Source of the DNA: Nitrospirota bacterium | GTDB lineage: Bacteria; Nitrospirota; Thermodesulfovibrionia; UBA6902 | Assembly (NCBI GenBank): GCA_016215115.1 | Contig: JACRLN010000033.1 | Span: forward strand, 16,279 to 80,278 | Direction of reading: 5' to 3' | Length of the DNA: 64,000 nucleotides | In this document: in pieces, positions 1-8,567 of the stretch | Layout: the number at the start of each line of letters is the position of its first letter | Numbering within the stretch: the first letter of the stretch is position 1 | Translations under genes and position numbers: made by a program | The notes under the pieces: generated by a model | The model's database searches: none | Told to the model about the DNA's origin: nothing | Seen by the model: the letters and a program-made list of their open reading frames with translations, nothing else

Positions 1-1188
1 GAGATGTTTCAGCGCGCCTTGCGCGGGGAAATACCACCAACCTTTGAATTGCGCATCCTGTCCGAACAGGGTGAATATCTTATGTTTGAAATTACTTCCA
101 CCCCTTTCATTTCTGACGGAAAAGTTATCAGTGTACTCGGCATCGCGCGTGATATAACAGGTCGTAAACGGATAGAGGAGCATCTTGTCAGTCAGAGTTG
201 TGAGATTGCAATAAAAAACATGGAACTGTCAGCTCTTTACAAGATATCCTCTGCGATCAGTCAGACCATAAATATGCAGAGTCTCTTTAAGAATATTTTA
301 AATACCATTACTGAGATGGATGCTCTCAAGGTTCAACGCCAGGCAGGAATCTTTATTGTGCAAGGCGAGAGGTTAATTCTTACCGCCCATCTCGAGCATT
401 CGAAGGAATTTCTGTATATGCACAAAAACATTACAATAAACGACTGCTTATGCGGTGTTGCGGTCAGGACAGGAGAGATTATAATCTCAAGAAATTGTCA
501 TACGGATTGCCGTCATACCATCGTATATTCTAACATGGCTCCCCATGGGCACATCATTATACCGCTGAAAGCTGTAGACAGAATCGTGGGAGTATTGTAT
601 CTCTATCTGCTGCCGGATGTCGAAGTAGGTGAAAGCGTTATAACAATGCTTACTACCGTTGGGAATCAGATAGGCATAGCGATCAGCAACTCTATGCTCT
701 ATGAAGAAACAAAAGCCCTTTCCCTGCATGATCCGCTCACTAAGGTTGCCAACAGGAACCTCATGAATTTTGAGATGGATAAAAATATTGCGAAGGCAGA
801 GAGAGACGGGACTGCATTTTCAGTCATCATTATGGACCTGGATAATTTCAAAAAATATAATGATACCCACGGGTACAACGCCGGAGACACATTGCTTGTC
901 AAGACTGCAAACATTCTATTGAATGAAATAAGGGCCATAGACCTTGTTGCCAGATTTGGCGGGGAAGAATTTTTAATCCTCCTTCCGGAGACAGAGTTGA
1001 AAGGCGCGTACTGTGTAGCTGAAAGAATAAGAAAATCCATTGAAACGGATACGGATGTTACCGTCAGCCTTGGAATTGCTTCCCATTCTCAAGAGATGAA
1101 AAATGCTGAAGACCTGATCAAAAAGGCTGATGACGCCTTGTACCAGGCCAAGCAAAAAGGGAAGAACAGGGTTGAAGTAGGTGGTTAA
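1..1188 (+). CDS. PAS-GAF-GGDEF diguanylate cyclase (probably 5'-partial)
   Basis: PAC-like end (GIARDITGRK), GAF region, HDPLT, RAID I-site, GGEEF; frame is open to the window edge. Confidence 0.9.
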   Translation, partial: EMFQRALRGEIPPTFELRILSEQGEYLMFEITSTPFISDGKVISVLGIARDITGRKRIEEHLVSQSCEIAIKNMELSALYKISSAISQTINMQSLFKNILNTITEMDALKVQRQAGIFIVQGERLILTAHLEHSKEFLYMHKNITINDCLCGVAVRTGEIIISRNCHTDCRHTIVYSNMAPHGHIIIPLKAVDRIVGVLYLYLLPDVEVGESVITMLTTVGNQIGIAISNSMLYEETKALSLHDPLTKVANRNLMNFEMDKNIAKAERDGTAFSVIIMDLDNFKKYNDTHGYNAGDTLLVKTANILLNEIRAIDLVARFGGEEFLILLPETELKGAYCVAERIRKSIETDTDVTVSLGIASHSQEMKNAEDLIKKADDALYQAKQKGKNRVEVGG

Positions 1189-1441
1189 TTAGAAACAACC
1201 TGATTAACCCCTTAAAAGAATTTACACAAAAGTATTAACACTTCCCCACTGCGATTACTATTTGATTTTTTCTTTTAATTAAGGGATAATTATGCGATGT
1301 ATTGGAAAGGAGAGCTTCTTTAACCAATATGTTAACCTGCCATAAAGAACGCTTAGATAAGAAAAATATTTATAATATAAAAGACAATTTGTCTTCTTCA
1401 CGAGGAATTATTTCTTTTCTGCCCTACTTATTTTAACTCCA

Positions 1442-2299
1442 ATGCTTAAAAAAACCAAAAATAAATTAAATAGTTACAGTAACGAACTGAAAAATTTGGC
1501 AGAAGATTATCCTGCTCAAAGCAGGAAACTTGAAGAATTGATAAAAGAACGCACTTTTGAATTAATAGAAGCCAATGAAAATCTTCAGGTAGAGATTAAA
1601 GTGCGGAAACAGGTAGAAAAAAAGCTTCTTAATTATCAAAAACAGCTTCAATCGCTTTCTTCACAGATATCATTAATTGAGGAGCGCGAAAAAAGAAGAA
1701 TTGCTTCAGAACTGCACGATTGTATCGGTCAGACCCTTGCTCTGACAAAGATTAAACTTGAGCTGCTGAGAAAATTGTCCGGGTCTGCCGAATGCAAAAA
1801 CATTATCAATGAAATCCTTCAGTTGGTTGAGCAAACAATCAGTGGAGCAAGAACATTGACATTTGAGCTAAGTCCTCCAATACTATATGAGCTTGGACTT
1901 TGCCATGCCATTCAATGGCTTGTTGAGCAATTCAGTAAGAAACATGGTATTACAATAGAATTCGAGAAATATAATGGGGATATTCCAATTGATAACAACA
2001 TCCGCTTTATTCTTTTTCAGGCCATACGGGAACTGTTAATGAATATAGTAAAACATGCCCAGGCAACAAAAGTAAAAATCAGTATGTTATTAATGAACGG
2101 TAATCTTAAGATGGTTATTGAAGATGACGGGATAGGGTTCTCCGGACATTCAGACGCATTTACCGGATACGGACTTTTTAATATACGCGAAAGGATGAAT
2201 CAGATTAATGGACATTTTGAAATAAGAGCAACACACAGCAGGGGAACACGGGCTACTCTTATGGCCCCATTAAAACTCTCTGAAAAAAAATTGGCATAA
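1442..2299 (+). CDS. HisKA_3 (NarX/UhpB-type) histidine kinase, cytoplasmic, no obvious input domain
   Basis: EKRRIASELHDCIGQ H-box, ELLMNIVKHA N-box, DDGIGF, GYGL; the N-terminus is only coiled coil. Confidence 0.9.
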   Translation: MLKKTKNKLNSYSNELKNLAEDYPAQSRKLEELIKERTFELIEANENLQVEIKVRKQVEKKLLNYQKQLQSLSSQISLIEEREKRRIASELHDCIGQTLALTKIKLELLRKLSGSAECKNIINEILQLVEQTISGARTLTFELSPPILYELGLCHAIQWLVEQFSKKHGITIEFEKYNGDIPIDNNIRFILFQAIRELLMNIVKHAQATKVKISMLLMNGNLKMVIEDDGIGFSGHSDAFTGYGLFNIRERMNQINGHFEIRATHSRGTRATLMAPLKLSEKKLA

Positions 2300-2311
2300 A
2301 AGGGGACGATT

Positions 2312-2965
2312 ATGAAAAAAATACGAATTTTACTGGTTGATGATCACAAGATTTTACGTGACGGAATCTGTTCGCTGTTAAAAGAATATCCCGACATGGA
2401 AGTAGTAGGAGAAGCTGCTGATGGAAAAAATGCATTAAATCTTGTAAAAGAACTATCTCCAGATATGGTTATCATGGATATCAGCATGCCGGATCTTAAC
2501 GGCATCGAAGCAACACGTAAAATTCTTGCTGATTATCCTCATATAAAGGTAATGGCATTATCAATGCATTATGACAAGCATTTTGTTTCCGAGATATTTA
2601 AAGCAGGAGCATCAGGATACCTGCTTAAAGATTGTGCCTTTGATGAAATGGCGCATGCAATACGTATGATTATAGATAATAAAACATACGTAAATTCCCA
2701 GATTGCCAGTCTGGTAGTAGAGAGTCTTGTGGGTGATTCCCCGAGATCACATAATAAACATGCTTTTTCTCTTCTTACTGAAAGGGAGAAGGAAGTGCTC
2801 CAGTTAATAGCAGAAGGACAATCAACAAAACAAATCGCTTCAAATCTTAATGTGAGTACAAAAACAATAGAATCGCACCGGAGGCAAGTCATGGGCAAGT
2901 TAAATATTCGTAATGTTGCTGATCTAACAAAATATGCGATACGCGAGGGATTGATAGCCATTTAG
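2312..2965 (+). CDS. NarL/FixJ-family response regulator (REC + LuxR HTH)
   Basis: LLVDDH, MDISMP, LTEREKEVL...STKTIESHR. Confidence 0.95.
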   Translation: MKKIRILLVDDHKILRDGICSLLKEYPDMEVVGEAADGKNALNLVKELSPDMVIMDISMPDLNGIEATRKILADYPHIKVMALSMHYDKHFVSEIFKAGASGYLLKDCAFDEMAHAIRMIIDNKTYVNSQIASLVVESLVGDSPRSHNKHAFSLLTEREKEVLQLIAEGQSTKQIASNLNVSTKTIESHRRQVMGKLNIRNVADLTKYAIREGLIAI

Positions 2966-3078
2966 GTATAATGTTTTTCCCTACAATCTAAGGTAAAAGC
3001 CTAATTGTTTTTCTGAGTTAATTCTGAATAATTAGATTTTCTTGTATTAGCTTGATATTATTAATTTTTTCCTGCCTA

Positions 3079-3107
3079 TTTACAAAATAAAATTATTTGT
3101 GTAAAAT
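3079..3107 (+). promoter_or_regulatory. putative sigma70 promoter upstream of structured RNA copy 1
   Basis: TTTACA-N17-TAAAAT; the AT-rich context lowers specificity. Confidence 0.35.
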
Positions 3108-3231
3108 GATTATTGATTAGGGTAATGTATTAAGACGTATTAATGTAAGAAAAGACTGGGAAGATAAACTCAGTTTTTATAAATTTGATTAATTTAATAG
3201 TTATAACTTTCTAAAGAGTAATTAAAGCAAC

Positions 3232-3332
3232 GGATGCTGACCTCTGATGTAAAAGGTTATTCCCTGCCTACGCTAAGAGCCCAACCTTTTCTTCAGCCAT
3301 GTCCCCTCATAAGGTCAGCATCCAATTTTTTT
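3232..3332 (+). ncRNA. unrecognised structured RNA, copy 1
   Basis: P1 GGATGCTGACCT/AGGTCAGCATCC, P2 CTGATGTAAAAGGTT/AACCTTTTCTTCAG, loop CCTGCCTACGCTAAGAGCC, linker ATGTCCCCTC, 3' T-run. Confidence 0.65.
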
Positions 3333-3536
3333 GCCTACGTTAAGAGCCCAACCTTTTACTAATCAGTTCATTAGTATAAAGACACGTTTGTCATGCCCGC
3401 AGGTAGTAAGCGGGCATCCAGTGCCTTTCTGGATTCCCGCTCAACAGACTGCGGGAATGACGCTTATGTATTCTTACTTATGAACAACCTTTTAACTTCA
3501 GCCATGTTCCCTCATAGGGTCAGCATTCTTTTCTTT
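3332..3536 (+). ncRNA. unrecognised structured RNA, copy 2 (3' portion only, interrupted by a MITE)
   Basis: TGCCTACGTTAAGAGCCCAACCTTTT at 3332-3357 resumes as CTTCAGCCATGTTCCCTCATAGGGTCAGCATTC at 3496-3528. Confidence 0.55.
3361..3485. mobile_element. MITE family A carrying a paired GTCAT(T/G)CCCGC REP-like core
   Basis: imperfect TIR GTTCATTAGTA/TACTTATGAAC; near-identical inverted copy at 36843-36972. Confidence 0.85.
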
Positions 3537-3577
3537 ATCCTATTTGTAACCACAAAAAGTCCTTACCAAAACAAAAC

Positions 3578-3604
3578 TAAAGTTTTTTCCACAATTACCG
3601 ATAA
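3578..3604 (+). promoter_or_regulatory. sigma28 (FliA)-type promoter
   Basis: TAAAGTTT-N11-ACCGATAA versus consensus TAAAGTTT-N11-GCCGATAA. Confidence 0.8.
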
Positions 3605-3690
3605 GAACAATAGAAAGAATATATTTATTCTTAAAACTTGAATCTCTATCAAAGAGATTCAGAAAAAGTTTTAGAAAAGGAGGGTTGAAA

Positions 3691-4002
3691 ATGGCTAAAA
3701 CTAATTGTTGGGAATTCAAGAAGTGCGGAAGAGAGCCGGGCGGAGCTAAGAGTAAAGAAATGGGAATATGTCCGGCTACTATAGAGGCTTCTTGCAACGG
3801 AATGAATGGCGGCAAAAACTCCGGTCGTATGTGCTGGGCTATTGCAGGCACTTTCTGCGGTGGAAAAGTACAGGGCGATTTTGCGCAGAAATCAGTATCC
3901 TGTATGTCTTGCGACTTCTTCAAATCTGTTAAACAGGAAGAAGGCGCCGAAAAGTTCAATCTGTTAAAACCGGGACAGAAATACGCCGCTGCAGCAAAAT
4001 AA
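3691..4002 (+). CDS. two-CW domain Cys-rich protein
   Basis: NCWEFKKCGRE...CPA...CWAIAGTFCGG...CMSCDFF; SD AGGAGG. Confidence 0.85.
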   Translation: MAKTNCWEFKKCGREPGGAKSKEMGICPATIEASCNGMNGGKNSGRMCWAIAGTFCGGKVQGDFAQKSVSCMSCDFFKSVKQEEGAEKFNLLKPGQKYAAAAK

Positions 4003-4030
4003 GCTTAAATTGATTCACAAGTAATTAAAT

Positions 4031-4123
4031 GAGGGTGCTGGCCTTTGCTTAAAGTTTTTCCTGCCTTGCCAAGAGCCTACCAAAAATTTAAGCGTGTCCC
4101 CTCAGGTCAGCACCTTTTTTTTT
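4031..4123 (+). ncRNA. unrecognised structured RNA, copy 3 (3' UTR/terminator of the two-CW gene)
   Basis: P1 GGTGCTGGCCT/AGGTCAGCACC, P2 GCTTAAAGTTTTT/AAAAATTTAAGC, loop CCTGCCTTGCCAAGAGCC, linker GTGTCCCCTC, T9 tail. Confidence 0.65.
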
Positions 4124-4131
4124 AAAAAAAA

Positions 4132-4207
4132 TGGTGGAGGTGAGCGGGATCGAACCGCCGACCTTCTCGTTGCGAACGAGACACTCTCCCAACTGAGCTA
4201 CACCCCC
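4132..4207 (-). tRNA. tRNA-Ala(CGC)
   Basis: GGGGGTGTAGCTCAGTTGGGAGAG...TCTCG TT CGC AA CGAGA...GTTCGATCCC...CCA; 76 nt. Confidence 0.97.
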
Positions 4208-4364
4208 ATAAAAGACAGTTATTAGTGATTAGTTTTTAGTTGTTAGTTAAAACTAAAAACTAAAAACTCTCTTCATTGACGCATCTCATTTACTAAGGTA
4301 ATATACTATAAAATTTCAAATAAATCGTGCAACTATTGTATTTTATAAAGTTGTTAAATAGAGG

Positions 4365-4530
4365 GCCTCTTGCAAACGTATCGTGGAAATAGCTTTTACC
4401 GTCATACCCGCGAAGGCGGGTATCCAGAAGCCTGCCCTCGTAAGTCTTAATCGGGGGTCTTTGGTTTTAAAGAATACTGGATTCCCGATAAAGACCTCGG
4501 GAATGACGAATAAAGACTTTTGCAAGAGCT
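4365..4530. mobile_element. MITE family D with REP-like core
   Basis: TIR CTCTTGCAAA/TTTGCAAGAG around GTCATACCCGC..GCGGGTATCCAG..CTGGATTCCCG..CGGGAATGAC. Confidence 0.7.
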
Positions 4531-4567
4531 TATTTGGTTTAATTAAACATGCGCAGAGGTTTTTAAT

Positions 4568-7500
4568 TTGCAAAGTAAATTTCGAAAAAGTCTGGTTTTA
4601 ATTATTGGCGCTATACTTATAACAGCGATACTGTTTTTCCTCCTGAGGGGACCGTATTTATCAAATTCCATAAAGAGGTTTATTATCCCTGTGCTTGAAA
4701 ATACGACAAAGGAAAAAATAATCATCGATAAAGCTGTTATCAATCTTTTTCCATTTTATATTCAGGCAAAAGGATTGAAAATGTTTGACAAGGACGGAAA
4801 CAAACTTCTCTGGATTACAAAAAGCCGCGCATATATTGATTTAACCGGTATCTTCTCAAAGGAATTGAAGATAAAAAAATTAACAATCAAGGAACCTGAT
4901 TTAACTGCTGATGAAGCGTCTTTGAGGCGGATAATTGGAAATATAAAAAAATCCACTTCAGGTGAAGGAAATAAGCAATACAAGATCAGTATCAGGAATA
5001 TTGAACTGACGAATGGCACATTAGATTTCAGAAATACAAACGGGTTGACTTTTTCAGCGGAAGGCCTGTTTTTTGAAATGACTACAAAGAATAATGTTAC
5101 TGCTCAAATAAAACTCAATAGAGGAACCGTGAAAACCCCGGATCGTACAATAATAAGTGGTGGTTTAGACGGGAGTATGAAAATAGGAGATAAAGGGATT
5201 GAAATAACAACAATAAATGTGCACTCTTCTAAATCCAGGCTTCAGGCAAAAGGAGCTATGCATTTTACTTCAAAAGGCGATCTGCAGGATGGAAGATTTT
5301 CTGGTAACGCAACAATATATGAAGACATAATTCATAAACTGTTTCGTATAAAAACGGAAAAAGACGGGGTGCTGTCTTTTGACGGTTCGGTTAATATGAC
5401 AATGGATAATGCTTTGAAACAACCGCAGGTTACTGTTGACTTAAAAACCGAGAGCCGGTTTCATCTTGAAACGTTAATGGATATTTTAAAAGTAAAAGAA
5501 AATATCTCCGGCAAGCTTTCAGTAAAAGGGAGAATAACCGGGACCTTCCCTGATTTTTCCGGAAGTGGAACTGCAAAACTTGAAGATGCGGTGTTTGACA
5601 CTTTCCATCTTGATGATGCAGCAGGAGAAATTACATACGGAAACAAAAAATTCAGTCTGAATAATTTTAGAGCCCATACCTACGAAGGTGAAATGAAAGG
5701 GACAGCCTCTCTTTTGCTTCCTTATGGTGATTATATTGTAGATGCTGATGTATCTCATGTCAGGAGTCAGAAATTTCTCAGGTTCATAGAATGGGAGCCC
5801 CCATTCCCTCCTGGTGAAGTAAGCGGGCATTATCAGTTAAAACACGATCATGGACAGGATATCGAGGTCCAGGCAAATGTTGCTTATCTGAACACATCAG
5901 GGAATGAAGGTGATGTGTTTAATAGATTGCATACAATAAGAGGGGATCTTCATTTAAAAGAGGGCTTGCTTACATTGTATAATTCTGTCCTTTCAACTTC
6001 GGTTTCCGACCTTGCACTTGATGGTAGTATAGATCTCAAAAGAAACATAATGAACCTCGATGTGCAGCTCGACAGCAGGGATATCTCAGACCTTACGGCG
6101 CCTTATTATACAAAACTTATGGCCCAAGGGAGATTTAAAGGCAAGGCAAAAGGGCCCATTGAGGATCCGGAGATTTCAGGAAATCTCGATACAGGTTCCG
6201 GAAATGTTCACGGATTGATGTTTACAGGTGCATCTGCCGACCTGATATATAAAATCACTTCTCTTTCTGTATCACGTCTGAATATTAATAGCGGAAAATC
6301 ATCCTATGATGCTTCAGGCGCTATTGAATTCAGAAATGCAAAAGGGCTTTTTCATTTTAACGAACCCTTTTACAGGGCCAAAGGCGCAGTAAAGGATGGA
6401 GACCTGAAACCTTTTGTTAAGGTCTTGTATAAAGATATTCCTGTATCCGGTTCTGTTAGCGGGGTACTCTCATTTGAAGGCGATTCAAATAACTTTAATG
6501 CCAACGTTGATTTAGTCGTTAAAGACAGTATGATCTATGGGCAACAATTAGAAAAGGTAATCGTTAAAACCACTATACGCCCGAGGGACATGGAATTTCA
6601 TTCCGTTACTGCTCAAAAGGGTGATTCAACGCTTGATGCAGAAGGGAATTTGTTTTTTGATAAAAGATTTAATTTTTCCGTTTATTCTTCCAAAGTGAAT
6701 TTTTCTGACATTAATATGCTCCAACGTTTTCCAATCGTCGGAAGCACACGTCTGGATGTGAAGGGTGCAGGAACATTTGAAAAACCTGTTATAAATTTTA
6801 CTGTTGATATTCTCGAAAGCATTTTCAAAGGAGTGCAGACAGGAAAGGGGAAAATTGAAGGAACATTGATGGATAAGGGTCTTTCAGCCAAGGGAAACTT
6901 TATGAACGGCGTTATTACTGCTGACGCGAACGCCGTATTATCAAAAAAGATATTATGGGATGTGGATTTTAATTTCCGTAAGGGCAGTTATGATTTTCTC
7001 CTGTCAGGTTTTATGGAAAAAATGCCTGAAGACCTTTCACTTTCTCTGGAAGGAAAAATTAAAATACATGGAGAAGGGGAAAATGTTTCATTGCTTTCAA
7101 GATTCGGATATTTGAACTGCGGTCTTTACGGATATAATTTGAGAAACAGTAATGACATCGTTCTTGAGCTTGTTGAAAAGGAACTTAAGATAAGAGCTTT
7201 TTCATTAACCGGCGAAAATGCGAAATTGTCCGCAGAAGGAGTTTTAAAATTTAACGAACAGTTTGATGTCAAAATTAAAGGAAATTTAAACCTTGCACCT
7301 TTAAAGACCTTATCAGACAAGCTTGCATCATTAAAAGGCAAGGGCGATTTTATTGTTGATATCACTGGGCCCTGGGATACCCCTGATGTCAGCGGAGAGG
7401 TAAATGTGAATGAGGCCCTGGTCCTGTTGACTGAATACCCTTATAAGGTTGGTCCGATTAACGGGGCCATTTATCTGAAAAAAGACAGATTCACTTTTGA

Positions 7501-8539
7501 TTCTGTGAAAACCGTTTTTGGTGGAGGCAGTGTAATCCTTTCCGGAGTTGGATACCTGAAAGGGCTTTCGATAAAAAGGATTTTTCTTTCTTCTATTGTT
7601 ACGGGAATTATTATAAAACCAATGGAAAAAGTGAGCGCTACTGTGGATGGCAAACTTTATTATGAAACCTCGGAGAAGGGGTCAACCATCTCCGGAAATA
7701 TTGACATAAAGAAGGCAAAATACGAAAAAAATGTTGAGTGGAATAAGTGGCTTGTCAGTCTTAGAGAGATTAATAAAGAAACATCACGTTATCCTGCCTT
7801 TCTGAAGGACACTCAATTTAATGTGTATCTTTCAGGATCGGATAATATTATCATTGATAATAATATTGCGAAAACCCCTGTGAAGATAGCCCTCACACTT
7901 ACAGGAAATGTTACCAGGTTGGGACTTATCGGGAGGCTTGAGGCTAATGAAGGCAGTATATTTTTCAGGAGTAATGAATTTAAAATTCTCGAAGGAAGCA
8001 ATGTAGATTTTGTAAATTCCAATAAAATAACCCCTGTTTATCATATTCTTGCTGAAACATACACAGGTGATTACTATATAAAACTGAATCTGGACGGCAC
8101 CATGGATAAATTTACTTTATCGCTGTATTCAGATCCCCCTTTAAGCGAAATGGAAATACTTACACTGCTTACAATCGGACAAACCGGAAAGGAGTCAAAG
8201 GGTTTTGAAAGCGGTATCGCTGCAAGTGAAGCGGCAGCGATCCTGACAGGCGGGCTTCAGGATGCAGTGCAGGAAAACATCAAGAGCATTACCGGTTTCG
8301 AACGTTTTATGATTGAACCGCATACAACCTCAACAGGTGCGGTAGCTCCAAAGGTGATAATCGGAAAACGCCTGCTCGAAGACAAACTTTTTGTGACATA
8401 TTCCACCTCGGTTGGTACTACAGAAGAAAGTTTTATACGACTTGAGTACATACTCGACAGGAATATTTCTCTTATTGGATCAAAAGATGAAATAGGCAGT
8501 GTCGGGGGAGATGTTAAATTCAGGTTTGAGTTTAAATAA
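4568..8539 (+). CDS. tamB: translocation and assembly module TamB (AsmA-like)
   Basis: N-terminal anchor, long beta-rich body, TamB-type C-terminus (IGKRLLEDKLFVTY...RFEFK). Confidence 0.85.
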   Translation: MQSKFRKSLVLIIGAILITAILFFLLRGPYLSNSIKRFIIPVLENTTKEKIIIDKAVINLFPFYIQAKGLKMFDKDGNKLLWITKSRAYIDLTGIFSKELKIKKLTIKEPDLTADEASLRRIIGNIKKSTSGEGNKQYKISIRNIELTNGTLDFRNTNGLTFSAEGLFFEMTTKNNVTAQIKLNRGTVKTPDRTIISGGLDGSMKIGDKGIEITTINVHSSKSRLQAKGAMHFTSKGDLQDGRFSGNATIYEDIIHKLFRIKTEKDGVLSFDGSVNMTMDNALKQPQVTVDLKTESRFHLETLMDILKVKENISGKLSVKGRITGTFPDFSGSGTAKLEDAVFDTFHLDDAAGEITYGNKKFSLNNFRAHTYEGEMKGTASLLLPYGDYIVDADVSHVRSQKFLRFIEWEPPFPPGEVSGHYQLKHDHGQDIEVQANVAYLNTSGNEGDVFNRLHTIRGDLHLKEGLLTLYNSVLSTSVSDLALDGSIDLKRNIMNLDVQLDSRDISDLTAPYYTKLMAQGRFKGKAKGPIEDPEISGNLDTGSGNVHGLMFTGASADLIYKITSLSVSRLNINSGKSSYDASGAIEFRNAKGLFHFNEPFYRAKGAVKDGDLKPFVKVLYKDIPVSGSVSGVLSFEGDSNNFNANVDLVVKDSMIYGQQLEKVIVKTTIRPRDMEFHSVTAQKGDSTLDAEGNLFFDKRFNFSVYSSKVNFSDINMLQRFPIVGSTRLDVKGAGTFEKPVINFTVDILESIFKGVQTGKGKIEGTLMDKGLSAKGNFMNGVITADANAVLSKKILWDVDFNFRKGSYDFLLSGFMEKMPEDLSLSLEGKIKIHGEGENVSLLSRFGYLNCGLYGYNLRNSNDIVLELVEKELKIRAFSLTGENAKLSAEGVLKFNEQFDVKIKGNLNLAPLKTLSDKLASLKGKGDFIVDITGPWDTPDVSGEVNVNEALVLLTEYPYKVGPINGAIYLKKDRFTFDSVKTVFGGGSVILSGVGYLKGLSIKRIFLSSIVTGIIIKPMEKVSATVDGKLYYETSEKGSTISGNIDIKKAKYEKNVEWNKWLVSLREINKETSRYPAFLKDTQFNVYLSGSDNIIIDNNIAKTPVKIALTLTGNVTRLGLIGRLEANEGSIFFRSNEFKILEGSNVDFVNSNKITPVYHILAETYTGDYYIKLNLDGTMDKFTLSLYSDPPLSEMEILTLLTIGQTGKESKGFESGIAASEAAAILTGGLQDAVQENIKSITGFERFMIEPHTTSTGAVAPKVIIGKRLLEDKLFVTYSTSVGTTEESFIRLEYILDRNISLIGSKDEIGSVGGDVKFRFEFK

Positions 8540-8567
8540 GTGGGAAGTAAGAAGTGAGAACTGAGAA

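Noticed and set aside
3393-3641. ORFs beginning MPAGSKRASS (also 36674-36940) and ORFs at 4343-4601
   Set aside because: They are translations of MITE sequence.
3232-4123. c-di-GMP riboswitch, CsrB-like RNA on the minus strand, or CRISPR array as explanations for the repeated RNA
   Set aside because: There is no GEMM GCAAA/tetraloop-receptor pattern. G-U pairs and U-tails favour the + strand, which is GGA-poor. There is no repeat-spacer periodicity and no cas gene.
4132-4207. Prophage or island integrated at the tRNAs (also 32540-32792)
   Set aside because: No integrase or duplicated tRNA 3' end was seen in the window.
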